DNA from: Malacoraja senta
Taxonomy: Eukaryota
Direction: 5' to 3'
Assembly: GCA_038087875.1 (NCBI GenBank)
Contig: CM075990.1
Coordinates: 4,218,001 to 4,282,000 of the forward strand
Length of the DNA: 64,000 nucleotides
In this document: positions 14,091-26,720 of the stretch, piece by piece
Numbering within the stretch: the first letter of the stretch is position 1
Layout of the letters: the number at the start of each line of letters is the position of its first letter
The notes under the pieces: generated by a model
The model's input: the letters and a program-made list of their open reading frames with translations, nothing else
Told to the model about the DNA's origin: nothing
Databases searched by the model: none
Position numbers and translations under genes: made by a program

Positions 14091-15201
14091 TGAGATAAGG
14101 TACAATGACTCGCTAGAACCTCAGCCATTACTGAGTGGAAGGATTGGACCCATCTGGGAAACCTTTCTCCAAAAAGATGAAGACTTGGGAGTGAAAGATT
14201 TTGGTGGCATCTGCCTGGGAAGGGACGGAGATGTTGCCTCCTGTAAGTGGATCAGAGTGAGTGGCTTAGAAGATGATAAATCCAAGAGGAAGTTCAGGAG
14301 CTCCTCTTGTCCTCGAGAGAGAGAGCGGTTAGAATGTGGACCTCACCACCACAAGTGGTGGAGGGAGACTGAATGGATGTGTCTCAAGGGAAACACAAAC
14401 TGCTGGAGTAACTCAGTGGGCCAGGCAGCATCTCTGGAGAACATGGACAGGTGATGCTTTGGGTCGTGACCCATCTTCACATTGAGTGTTCAAAGGGAAG
14501 TTAGATACATACATGTGTGAGGGAGTGATAGGATTTGCTGATGAGTTGAGATGAGGAAGGGGGTTCAGGAGGTCAGGGAACGGTGTGAATGGTCCATTGA
14601 TATGAAGCAATGGGGCGTAGTCTGGTGACTGGGTCAAGGCTGGTGACTGGGACAAAGACGGCTGCCACTATCGTGGAGGTCAGGGGAGGTGAGGATGAGC
14701 TGAGATCAATATCCCCACCATAGGAAGGTAACGAATACTGGCCCACACAAGGAACTGCAGGTGGTGGATTCCTGAGCAAAACACAAATTGCTGGAGTAAC
14801 TCAGCGGGTCAGGCAGCAACTCCGGAGAACATGGATAAGCAACGTGTTTGGTCGGGGCCCTTCTTCAGACTGATTGTAGGGGGGGGGCGGGGGGAGAAGA
14901 AAAGAGGTGGCAAGTGATAGGTGGATAAAGGTGGATAAAGATGAGGGGAGGTTGAAGGGGGCGAGGGAAATGGTGAAAGGGGGCCGGGATAGTGGGAATA
15001 TCAGGTCGCAGGTCATGACCTCTTTTGTCCAGTTGTCCATAACAGCACAAAAGGAACAATCTTTGGAATAAGGGACACTTTGTTCCAATTGTAAATGGTA
15101 AATGAGCACTGTAGTTTAGTGATTCATAAGCGCATAAGTTATAGGAGGAGAATTTGGCCATTCGGCCCATCAAGTCTACTCTGCCATTCAATCATGGTTG
15201 A

Positions 15202-15205
<4 letters not shown>

Positions 15206-15277
<72 letters not shown>

Positions 15278-15282
15278 TCTCT
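15206..15282. repeat. (CT)n microsatellite inside a CR1 3' UTR
   Basis: About 32 uninterrupted CT units. Confidence 0.97.
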
Positions 15283-17404
15283 TTCAACCCCATTCTCCTG
15301 CCTTCGCCCCATAACCCCCTGACACCATTACAAATCAAGAACCTCTACTGTAAAAATATCCATTGACTTGGCCTCCACAGCCACCCGGGGCAATGAATTC
15401 CACAGATTCACCACCTACTAAAGAAACTCCTCCTCATCTAAAGGTACATCCTTTAATTCTGAGGCGATGGCCTCTGGTCCTAGACTCTCCCAATAGTGGA
15501 AACATCCTCTCCACATCCATGGAGAGACTAATGTGCTGGATTGAAATGATTGAATAGGAAGGATATGGATCACGTGCAGGGGGATAGGGACGATGCGGAG
15601 TCTTTTACCCAGAGTAGCAGAATCGGGAACCGGAGAATATAGGTCTAAGGGGGGGAATTAATAGGAGCCTGAGGGGCAACCTTTTTTTACATAAGGGGGG
15701 GGGGGGGTGGAACAAACTGCCGGAGGAGGTAGTTGAGGCAGGGTACTTACTATCGCAATGTTTATGAAACTTTAGGACAGGGACATGGACTGGTTTGGTG
15801 GGATATGGGCCAAACGCAGGCAGGTGGGACTAGTGTAGGTGGGGCATGTTGCTTGGTGTGGCCGAGTTGGGTCAAAGGGCCTGTTTTCGTGCTGTATAAC
15901 TCTATGAGTTTAGTCTACCTTGACATTGTGGGCCGAAGGGCCTGTCCCTGTTCTGTTCTATATTCTCTGATTCAGTCGTTGTTCTTCAGCCTTATATCTC
16001 CAGTACCAGTCTTTGCCACTGGGGGCAAAGATAGACACAAAAGGTTGGAGTAACTCAGCGGGACAGGCAGCATCTCTGGAGGGTAGGAATGGGTGACGTT
16101 TTGGGTCGAGACCCTTCTTCCATGAGAGGGCTCTGCATTGGGGTTGTTGTATGCACCCCTGCCCATGCATGGCCCCTGGGTTGCATGCAATGCACCAACC
16201 CGCCCTGGTGGTTCCGCAAGGTCCTAGTGCCCCAACCTTCATTATTAATTGATCAGGACAAAGGGCTTGTAATTGGGTGCTGCAGTCGGGAACTAGAACC
16301 TGGTGCTTGGACCTTGTGGAGCCTCAATTTTACAGCAATCTGAGCAAAAAACTGCAGGTGCCTTTAATATACAAAACGAAAACCAAGCCTGCTGAAAGAG
16401 GTTAGCTGATGGGCTGAGGAATGGTCAAAGTGGCTCAGTAATATAGTTGCTGCCTCACAGCGCCAGAGACCCAGGTTCGCTCCGGACCTCTGGTGCTGTC
16501 TGTATGGAGTTTGCACGTTCTCCCTGTGACTGCGTGGGTTTTCTCCGGGTGCTCGGGTTTCCTCCCACATTCCAACGACGTGCAATTTTGTAGGTTAATT
16601 GGCTTCTATAAATTGTTCCTCGTGTGTGGGATAGAACTAGTGTTGGGGTGATCACTGGTCGGCATGGACTCAATGGGTCGAAGGGCCTGTTTCCACGCTG
16701 TCTCTCTAAACTACGGTGCTCAAGCTACCAGATTGATCCATTTAGATAAAAGAAACCTTCAACCTGACGAATATGGTGTAGGTTTGAGTGTAATGGAAGG
16801 AGTGTGTGAGTCGTGGAGTCATAGCGTCAACCCAACTTGCCCACACCAACCAACATGTCCCAGCTACTCTAGTCCCACTTGCCTGCATTTAGCCCATATC
16901 CCTCCAAACCTGTCCTATCCATATACCTGTCTAATTATTTCTTAAACGTTGAATAAAAAAATCCAGCCTCAACTACCCCCCCCCCCCCCCGGCAGCTTGT
17001 CCCGTACACCCACCGCCCTTTGTGTGAAAAGGTTACCCCCTCAGGTTCCTAATAAATCTTTCCCCCTCACCTTAAACCTATGTCCTCTGGTTCTCGATTC
17101 CCCTACACTGGGCAAGAGACTGTGCATCTGCCTGATTTTCCCATGGGTTTTGGGTCATTGAGGTTGTTGGAAAGTAGTGTGAGAGATGGTGAGGAGTGAT
17201 GCAGAGCAGTGGTGGTGAAGGAGTCGTACAGTACGGAAACGGGCCCTTCGGCCCAACTTGCCCTTGCTGACCAAGATGCCCCATCTACACCAGCCCCACC
17301 TGCCCGCGTTTGGCCCACATCCCTCTTTGGTCCCAATTGCTTACTTGCCAGGTACAAGGGAGGGAGGGGAGAATGCACTCAATGCCTGAAACCCTGAAGG
17401 TATG

Positions 17405-17720
17405 TCACGGTGGTGCAGCAGTAGAGTTTCTGCCTTACAGCGAATGCAACGCCAGAGACCCGGGTTCGATCCCGACTACGGGTGCTGTCTGTACGGGGTT
17501 TGTACGTTCTCCACGTGACCTGGGTGGGTTTTCTCAGAGTTCTTCGGTTTCCTCCCACACACCAAAGACGTACAGGTTTGTAGGTTAATTGGCTTGGTCT
17601 TAGTGTAAATTGTCCCTAGTGTGCATAGGGTAGTGTTAATGTGCGGGGATCGCTGGTTGGTGCGGACTCGGTGGGCCGAAGGGCCTGTTTCCTCGCTATA
17701 TCTCCAAACTAAACTTAACT
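17405..17720 (+). mobile_element. V-SINE (HE1-like)
   Basis: A/B boxes, core and (TAAAC)n tail. Confidence 0.85.
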
Positions 17721-18215
17721 AATCTGTGATATGGACTGGTTGATGTTCCCGTGGCTTTGGGCACTCCGGCCCTTGAAGGGTCGGATGCGGGAAGCAGGAT
17801 TTCTTGGGGTTGGCACAATTTGCAAGATTTTATTTAGACGCGATCAAAGGTCAAGGTATCAGCTGACACCGAAGTATCGTTTGCTTCTCCGGAGCAGCGA
17901 TTAATATTTAACAATCATCTGACCGAGCGAGAATGTGCAATGTGATAGGAAGAAGCAGCCTTAGCGATCTCAAGTGGCTGCACGTCACGGCTGGTTCAAA
18001 CTCATTCACCATCTGCCACCACCACCGGAACGTGGAGCGCGGGAGAGTTGGTCTCTCCCTGGCACCGTTTGCCCACCCACCGCCCATCTGACCCGCTACA
18101 AGACCCCAAACACGGATGCCCACCTCACTGGAGATGTGTGGACCTCCTCTGGTCAGTTCGCCCAGGAACGAGTGCCCAGCTTTGGTTTCTCCCCAGGTGA
18201 CGTGACTTCCGTTAC

Positions 18216-18757
18216 TCACAGAGTCACAGAGAGACACAGACACACAGTCACAGAGGGACACAGTCACAGAGACACAGTCGCAGAGTCACAGAGACACAGT
18301 CACAGAGACACAGACACAGAGACACAGAGACACAGTCGCAGAGTCACAGAGACACAGTCACAGAGACAGAGACACAGAGACACAGAGACACAGTCGCAGA
18401 GTCACAGAGACACAGTCACAGAGACACAGACACACAGTCACAGAGACACAGTCACAGAGACACAGAGTCGCAGTCACAGAGTCACAGAGTCACAGAGACA
18501 CAGAGACACAGTCTCAGAGACACACACACACACAGAGTCACAGTCACAGAGTCACAGAGACACAGTCACAGAGTCACACAGAGTCACAGTCACAGACACA
18601 CAGAGTCACACAGAGTCACACAGAGTCACACAGAGTCACACAGAGTCACAGTCACAGAGTCACAGTCACACAGAGACACACAGTCACAGAGTCACAGTCA
18701 CAGAGTCACAGAGACAAGAGACACAGACGTAGAGTCACAGAGACACAGAGACACAGA
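18216..18757. repeat. Compound (CA/GA/GTCACAGA) simple repeat
   Basis: Direct reading. Confidence 0.95.
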
Positions 18758-20483
18758 ATGGCCCAACTTGCCCACACCACAACACCAGAGTTGGGGGGGG
18801 GGGGGGTTTGGGAGGGGGGAGAGTGAATGAATCCCTGGGTCTAGACGGGGTCAGTGTGTGGACACTAGTGATGGGGGAGATGAGCGGGGAACAGATTTGG
18901 AGGAAGGGCTCTGGGATTGAGGAACATTTATATCTCACCTTCACAGGTCAGGATGCTGCTCCCTGTCCTTCAGTTGCTGCCACTGCACACATCCTGTGGC
19001 ACAATCTGCGCACATTCCTTGCCAAGAATATGATTTAATTTCTCGTAAAATGATCAGTCTCACTCGATCTGGAAGAGGAGGTGATGCCAGTGTACAGTCG
19101 CGAGAGGACATTTTAAAAATGAACTTTGTTATAGAGTTATAGAATCATAGAGTGATACAGTATGGAAACAGGCCCTTGATCCCAACTTGCCCACACTGAC
19201 CAACATGTCCCAGCTACACTGGTCCCACCTGCCTGTGTTTGGCCCCTATCCCTCCAAACCTGTCCTATACCATGTACCTGTCTAGTTGCTTCTTAAATGT
19301 TGGATAGTCCCAGCCTCAACCACCTCCTCTGGCAGCTCGTTCCATACACCCACCACCCTTTGTGTGAAAAAGTTACCCCTCAGATTCCTCTGAAATCTTT
19401 TCCCCTTCACCTCAAACTCCACGCCAGGCGTCCATTTCCCGCAACAGAGCTGCGTCCTGACCCGCTGAGGTCCTCCAGCACTCTGCTTCCTTGCTCCAGG
19501 TTCCAGCATCTGCAGTCTCTCGTGCCTCTGACTCCTTCACTCTACCCTGGCAGCGGGCTCGGGAGAATCTCAATGTCCTCCAGAGATGCTGCCCAGCCCG
19601 CTGCGTATACTCCCTGCTCCCACGGAAGCATTGTCTGAGGAGTAATGGCCTCCTGAGGCTGGAACGCGGGCACACGAGGACCCTCTGAGAACTGCCCAGT
19701 CAGCATTCAGTGTGCCAGGGGGTGGGTGATGGGTCAAGGTGGAAAGAGGGTGGCCTGGCAGGGATGGGGGGGCTGATGTACTGTAGAATGTCCTGCATTA
19801 GCTGTCTTCACGTTTGATTCTGGACAGAAACTGATATCCATTCAGATAGTGGTGATGGTGGTCTCCACTCCTTTAGACAATAGACAATAGGTGCAGGAGT
19901 AGGCATTCGGCCCTTCGAGCCAGCACAGCCATTCAACGTGATCATGGCTGATCATCCCCAATCAGTACCCCGTTCCTGCCTTCTCCCCATATCCCCTGAC
20001 TCCACTATTTTTCAGAGCCCTATCTAGCTCTCTCTTGAAAGCATCCAGAGAACGCCTCCACCGCCCTCTGAGGCAGAGAATTCCACAGACGCAGCTTCAG
20101 GATAACCTGTTAGTTTTGTTTTTTTACTCATTCGTTTCATTTTTTAGTTTTCCTTTAAGTTTTTAGCTGTTAGCTTTTAAGTTTTAATTTTAGTTTTTAA
20201 GGTTTAGTTTTTGTTTTTAGGTTTAGGTTTCAGCTTTTTTTGGTATCAAACTATAATTGATTTAATTTCAACACGAAACAAAAACCAAACAAAAAAAACT
20301 GTGGTGACGTACCCACCACTATGTTACAAAATTATCAATGCAACTATTTTACAAATATTCTAATAACTACTATACAACCCCGGTAAAGGGGCAAGTCTCT
20401 GGCACGGGCGAAGCCCTCTTCCGCATGGCGCCGTGACTCGCGGATGGCCAGCTTGCCCAGGTCTAGGAGCAACCCAACCAGGA

Positions 20484-20877
20484 CCAAAGATCCTATAGCG
20501 GAGCAAGATAGACCACTCCTGCTAAATGCAATGGGCTGACGTGTAGTACGCAACGGAGCGGAAAGTGGGCGTTTTTTTCATCCATTCCGTAACCGGACCC
20601 GACCCGACTCGCAGTGTAATCAACGTTGCGGGGGAACAGTTTGTGTTAATAAATTTAAATTCTGAAATGAGGAGAAGATTTTTACCAAATAACTTTTATT
20701 TTTACGAGGATGTTTCCGTAACCGGCTTCCGTCCCCGCACTATTATCCTATGGATCTTTGGTGTGGAGACGGAAGCCGGTTACGGAAATGGGGCCTTAAA
20801 TTGCCCATGAATTTGCCCATGACCGTACTACGTCTTTTTCGTCGAGTGGACTGTCTTGCTCGCTATAGGATCTTTGG
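20484..20877. mobile_element. Unclassified non-autonomous DNA transposon with TIRs
   Basis: CCAAAGATCCTATAGCGGAGCAAGATAG...CTGTCTTGCTCGCTATAGGATCTTTGG, with direct repeat CCAGGA at 20478-20483 and 20878-20883. Confidence 0.85.
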
Positions 20878-21560
20878 CCAGGACATCTTCAGCCCTGCCT
20901 GCTCCCTAGATCCCGTCACCAGTCCTTCGGTCACTGACAGCAGAGCGGACCCTAGGTGGAGTGGCGCTGCTCCTTGCCCTGGGTTTCAGCTTTAGGTTTA
21001 AGTTTTACGTTTCTGAGTTTTTGTTTCCAGTTTTCAATTTTTTTCAATTTTAGTTTTAGTTTTAATTTAGAGATACAGCGCAGAAGCAGGCCCCTTGGTT
21101 GATCAAGTCCACACCGACCAGCGATCACCCGTACACTAGTTCTATCCTGCACACTTGGGGCAATTTGCAGAAGCCAATGAACCTACAAACCTGCAGGTCT
21201 TTAGAATATGGGAGGAAACAGGAGCCCCCCCCCCCCCCCCGCCCCCGGAGAAAACCTACGTGGTCACAGGAAGAACATACAAACTCCATACAGGCAACAC
21301 CCACAGTCAGGATCATACCCGGGCTGTGAGGCAGCAACTCCACCGCTGTGCTGCCCTGTTATCTCTTAGGTGATCAGCCTAACTAATCCATTAGTAGAAC
21401 ACCAAAGTGCTGGGGTAATTCAGCGGGTCAGGCGGCATCTTTGGAGGACACACGTAGTCCTTCAGAGATGCTGCCTGACCCACTGAGTTCCTCCAGCACA
21501 TTGTGTTCTGCACAACAATCCAGCATCTGCAGTTCCTTATGTCTCCATTCAACTGATCTG

Positions 21561-21822
21561 TTTTTTTTTTTTTTTTTTAATTATCAAAAAATGTATCTAA
21601 TTATTAAAAATAATATTTACAGTACAATAAAACAAAACCGAACCCACCACCATAATACAAGATATACTAAATAAACTACTGTACAACTATGTTACAATCC
21701 TTGTCCAGGATGCGTTCATCCCCCAGCGGTCCCGGAAACCCCCCAGGGCGCCCGTGGACAGTGCGTCGTCTCTCTCTAACACCTCCCGGGCGCGGACGTA
21801 ACCCCGGAAAGGGGGCAGGCAG
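21561..21822 (-). mobile_element. Tx1/L1-like LINE 3' end (related pieces at ~20250-20480 and ~42800-43010)
   Basis: CLPPFRGYVRAR...FRDRW peptide, poly(A) tail on the minus strand, and similarity among the three copies. Confidence 0.6.
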
Positions 21823-22087
21823 CCGGCGCGGCCATTGAACTGATCTATTGGTGTGGTCCCTGCAAACAGCACAGGGTTGACTGCACATCAGCAATGTGTG
21901 TCAGGCTCTGTCAGAGCGAGGGATGATGATGGCCACGGAGTGGAGTACAATGGCACACTCTATCTTGTTGAGCTCCAGCCTAACACTGGCAGGGACTCTC
22001 CACATCACACAGTGCTCTGAGCAAAGGGACAGGGATGTAATGCTGAGGCTTTATAAAGCACTGGTCAGACCACACTTGGAGTAGAGA

Positions 22088-22378
22088 GCGGCACGGTGGC
22101 GTAGCGGTAGAGTAACTGCCTTACAGTGCCAGAGATCCGGGTTCAATCCTGACCACGGGTGCACGGAATTATACGGAATTTGTACGTTCTCCCCGTGACC
22201 TGCGTGGGTTTTCTCCGAGATCTTCGGTTTCCTCCCACACTCCAAAGACGTACAGGTTTGTAGGTTAATTGGCTTGGTATAATTGTAAATTGTCCCTAGT
22301 GTGTGTTGGATAGTGTTGGTGTGCGGGCATCGCTGGTCAGCGCGGACCCGGTGGGCCGAAGGGCCTGTTCCCGTGCTG
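22088..22378 (+). mobile_element. V-SINE (HE1-like)
   Basis: A/B boxes, core and tail. Confidence 0.85.
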
Positions 22379-24714
22379 CTATTGTGAGCAGTTGCAAACA
22401 TTTTGAAAGAAAGGTGAAAACATTTTTTTAACCCAGTCGATTAAATTCATTGGGATTTTACATGTCTCAGTGCTGGTCACCACACTTTAAATTACTTACT
22501 CTATCAGAGAGGCCATTCAGCCCATTAGACCCATGCCAGCTCTAAGCAGAGCAATCCGCTGTCGTAATCCCATCTCCTATTTGCTCTGCACCCCCTGCAA
22601 CTTCATCTCCAGCTCCCCTTTGATTCTTTAGCCACTTCTGTAGAACAAGGGGCTTCGCAACATCCAGCTGCAGTAGGTGGGACATGGGAGGTGGATGGGA
22701 CACTTGGGAAGCTGGAACAGTCACGAGGAGAACGCGCAAACTCCACACAGACAGCGCCGGTGGGCAGGATGGATGAGAGAGGGCAGGAGAAGAGATTTCT
22801 CGGATGGATCCAAGGACGAGGCATTTCAGCTCCAGGACAGGCACAAAAATACTGGAGCAACTCGCCGGGTCAGGCAGCATCTCTGGAGGAAAAGGGTGGG
22901 TGACGATGCAGGTCGGGAGCACGTCTCCTGACTCAGAAGATCCCTTCACAGAAAGTGGTCCTCTGCCGACTGGTGTCCCAACCCTATTCGATGACCTTGT
23001 AACTCGAGTTGAAAGTTGCTCCCGCTAATGGTCAGGGACTTCCTTCCGACCGCAATGACTCAAGTACTTAAACGTAGGCAGCGGTTAACGGGGAGAAAGC
23101 AGGGGAATGGGGTTACGAGGGAGAGATAGATCCGCCATGATCGAATGGCAGAGTAGACTTGATGGGCCGAATGGCCCAATTCTGCACCTAGAAGCAGGAG
23201 GAGGCCACACTGCCCCTCGAGCTTTCTCTGGCTTTTACCAAGATCATGACCGATCTGATTTGAACATCTCTACATATAACCTGCTGACGTCTTGGTAACC
23301 TCCACCCCTTCTTCTCAAGAATCCTACCAATCATTTTCAAAGGCTCCACTTTTCCTGCCCCTTGAGGGGGAAGAGGGTTCCAGGTACTGGTGACTATCCA
23401 AGATAAAATGTTGCCTCATATCTCACAAGTCATAAATGATAAGAAGTTGAGGAGCCAGTGCTAATCGCTGTGGTGTGCCACTTCTTAAATCTTGCCCGTG
23501 AGAAAAGACCCATGTATGTTTCTTGTTGGCCACCTAGTTTTCTATCCGTACCAGTTTGTTACCTTTGACACCACGAGCTTTCAGTTTCTCAATCCTGACT
23601 ACGGCTGCTGTCTGTATGAAGTTTTTAACGCTCTCCCCGTGACCGCGTGGGTTTTCTCCGGGTTCTCTGGTTTCCTCCCACAATCGAAAGACATACAGGT
23701 TTATGGGTTAATGATGTCAGCTTATCAGATGCCTCTTGGAAATCTAAATGCAGAACAGCTCCTAGTTCCCCAGAATCCTTCTATTTCGTATCTCATGATA
23801 ACACAGTAGGATGCAATTCAGCCCATCAACTGAATTGAGGGTGGTGGCGTGGTGGCGCAGCGGTAGAGTTGCTGCCTTACAGTGCTTGCAGCACTGGAGA
23901 CCCGGGTTCGATCCCGACTACGGGTGCTGTCTGTACAGAGTTTGTACGTTCTCCCCGTGACCTGCGTGGGTTTTCTCCGAGATCCTCGGTTTACTCCCAT
24001 ACTCCGAAGGCGTACAGGTTTGTAGCTTAATTGGCTTGGGTTTGTTTACTTGGTATAAGTGTCAATTGTATCCACGCTGAACTCTAAACTAAACTAAACT
24101 TTACACTGTCTCTACACATCAGCCTCTTTCCTCAACTGGACACAAAGTGCTGGAGTAACTCAAGGCCACACGGTGGTGCACGATAGATTTGCTGCCTTAC
24201 AGCGCCAGAGACTATGGGTGCTGTCTGTGCGGAGTTTGTACGTTCTCCCTGTGACTGCATGAGTTTTCAGATTCTCTGGTTTCCTCCCACACTCCAAAGA
24301 CGTGCAGGTTTGTAGGCGAATTAGCTTCAGTAAAAGTTGTAAATTGTCCCTAGTGTGTGTAGGATAATGTTGGTGTGCAGGGATCGCTGGTCGGTGTGAA
24401 CTTGATGCCTGTTTTTGGGCTGTTTCTCTAAACGAAACTCAGAGGATCAGGCAGCATCCCTGGAGAACATGGACAGGTGACGTTTTGGATCGAAACCCTT
24501 CTTCAGACTGGCCAACCGAATTCCCCATAACTTATTCTAGGTCTTTTGCCCTTTGAATCCACTCAAATTCTGCAACTCATCGACACGAGGGTTAATTAAC
24601 AGCCAATTAACCTAGCAAACATGTCTGGGATGTGGGAGGAAACTGGATCACCCAGGGGGGTGGTAACCAAAGTGGACACGGAGAGAATGCAAATGTCACA
24701 CAGGCCGCATCCGT

Positions 24715-24771
24715 GACTCAATTTCTGGTCTCCAATTGGAGGCGTGGGTTCGAATCCCACTTCTGACACCA
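24715..24771 (+). pseudogene. 3' two-thirds of mature tRNA-Leu(CAA), intronless, with CCA
   Basis: GACTCAA-T-TTCTGGTCTCCAATTGGAGGCGTGGGTTCGAATCCCACTTCTGACA-CCA contains the anticodon CAA, long variable arm, T loop and acceptor strand plus CCA. The D arm and 5' end are absent, so it is not a functional tRNA gene. Confidence 0.88.
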
Positions 24772-24948
24772 TGTTGGTTTGGAGTCCTTGTAATAATAAA
24801 GACCTCACACCATGTCAGGTTATACACTGCTTATTTAGAATAAACAACTACAAGCTCTCACTTGAGAGTTCACTTCAGACTGGGGAGTGCAGTAGACCGC
24901 GACGCTAATAAGCTAGTGGGCGTAACTACAAAAGAATGACTCATAACA
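24772..24948 (-). mobile_element. Short LTR (Gypsy-like) abutting a tRNA-Leu primer-binding site
   Basis: The minus strand reads TGTTATGAGTC...CCAAACCAACA followed directly by TGGTGTCAGAAGTGGGAT, an 18-nt PBS complementary to the tRNA-Leu 3' end. It interrupts a SINE. Confidence 0.75.
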
Positions 24949-26169
24949 TGAGCCACTAATCTACAGGTGGAAGCCCGACCACGGGACCCATGAGGCAGCA
25001 GCACTACCTGCTGTGCCGTTTGCTGCGAGATCGGTCCGCTGCGTTAACAGTAAGGCCCTGCAGGACATCCAAACGGGCTCCTTCACTTTGACACATTTAG
25101 ATTCGCACCTGAGCTGGGCAGATACAGGCTGGTAGTGCTGCTGCCTCATGGTGACAGAGTCCGGGGATCGATCCTGACCTTGGGTGTGGAGTTTGCACGC
25201 TCTCCCTGTGACCGCGTGGGTTTCCTCCGGGTGCTCCGGTTTCCTCCTACATCCCAAAGACTTGCGGGTTTGTCGGTTAGCTGCCCTCTGTAAATAGTCC
25301 CTGGTGTATGGGGAGTGGACGTGAATGTGGGATAACAGGAGGCTAGTGTGAGCGGGTGATCGATGGTCAGCGTGGACTCAGGTTGGCGAGCCTGTATGTT
25401 TCATTCAATCAGTGAAGGAGAATATATACACAGCTGTACTGGCTGTGAGGTAGCAGTACATAAACACAGAGGTCTCAAGGTTTATGTTGAAAGCGGCATG
25501 GATGTTGAGAAAGGTGTGAAAAGGGCCTGAATAAATGCACAGGAGCAAGGATGTGTAATGGTAAATAGTGGTTCAGCATGGAGCCTCTGTCTCACAGCTC
25601 CAGCGATGCCTCTTCAACCCTGAACTCTGGTCCTGTCTGTGTGGGGTTTGCACGTTCTCCCTGTGTTGGTGCGGGTTCATCCAAAAGACGTGGGCACAAA
25701 GTTTTGGTGTAATCCAGCGGGACATGCAGCATCCCTGGAGAACATGGATAGGCTATGTTTCGGATCGGAACCCTTCTTCAGACCGCACGTCGGAAGATGA
25801 GTCCCGACCTGCAAAGTCACCGATTCATGTTTCTCCAGAGATGCTGCCTGACCTGCTGTTACTCCAGTATTTTGTGTCCTTTTGTGTAAATCAGCATCTG
25901 CAGTTCCTTGTTTTTACAAAAAAACACGTGAGTTGGTGGGATGGGTGTAAATGAATCCATCATAGTTGGTGTGGACACGGTGGGCTGAAGGGCCTGTGAT
26001 CACAGTGTGAATCTGAGCCACGATGGGCCCGTACAAAACACCACTGGTCATAGTTGGAGTGGGTCCACATTGGGACGCCACCCTTTTAAGAAAGATGTGT
26101 AGGTATTCAGGAGGAATTAGTTCCACTTATTCTCACGCGTACCAAGATACAGTGAAAGGTTTTTTGTTG

Positions 26170-26540
26170 TTAGACAAAAATGCTGGAGAAACTCAGCGGG
26201 TGAGGCAGCATCTATGGAGCGAAGGAAATAGGCAACTTTTCGGGATAGGAAACCCTTCTTCAGACTGATGTGAGGGTGGGGGGGTGAAGAAGAAAGGAAG
26301 AGAAGGAGCCAGTGGGCTGAGGGAGAGCTGAGAAGGGGAGGAGAAAGTAAGGACTACCTGAAATTGGAGAAGTCAATGTTCATACCGCTGGGGTACAAAC
26401 TGCCCAAGTGAAATATGAGGTGTTGCTCCTCCAATTTACGGTGGTCCTCACTCTGGCCATGGAGGAGGCCGAGGACAGAAAGGTCAGATTCGGAATGTGA
26501 GGGGGGAGTTGAAGTGCTGAGCCACCGGGAGATCGGGTGG
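26170..26540 (-). mobile_element. Penelope-like element 3' fragment with pseudo-LTR
   Basis: Reverse complement of the GIY-YIG C-terminal region followed by the CTGAAGAAGGG...GCTGAGTTTCTCCAGC terminal repeat. Confidence 0.85.
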
Positions 26541-26544
26541 CGTC

Positions 26545-26720
26545 AAACTCACTGTCCCCGAAATTTTTTTCAACATGTTGAAAATTTACCGGTGACCAAA
26601 AAGACGCTGCAACTTTATGCGCGACTGAGGAGGGGACTCCTGGCGACCTCCGGCGTACATGTGGTGACAAACTAGTCGCCTGTAGTTGCCTAAAAAAATC
26701 ACCTAAGTGGGACAGGCCCA
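26545..26720. mobile_element. Partial MITE with a related terminus
   Basis: Ends in AGTGGGACAGGCCC and shares the TTCAACATGTTGAAAA core with 12714-13023; the left end is missing. Confidence 0.6.

Noticed and set aside
18181..18202. Possible recursive splice site tttctccccag|gtgacg
   Set aside because: The donor half is weak and such motifs are expected by chance in 64 kb.
17974..18732. 252-aa ORF
   Set aside because: Mostly a stop-poor CA/GA simple repeat; the N-terminal part has no recognisable homology.
24715..24771. Functional tRNA-Leu gene
   Set aside because: It lacks the 5' acceptor strand and D arm/A box, and it has an encoded CCA.
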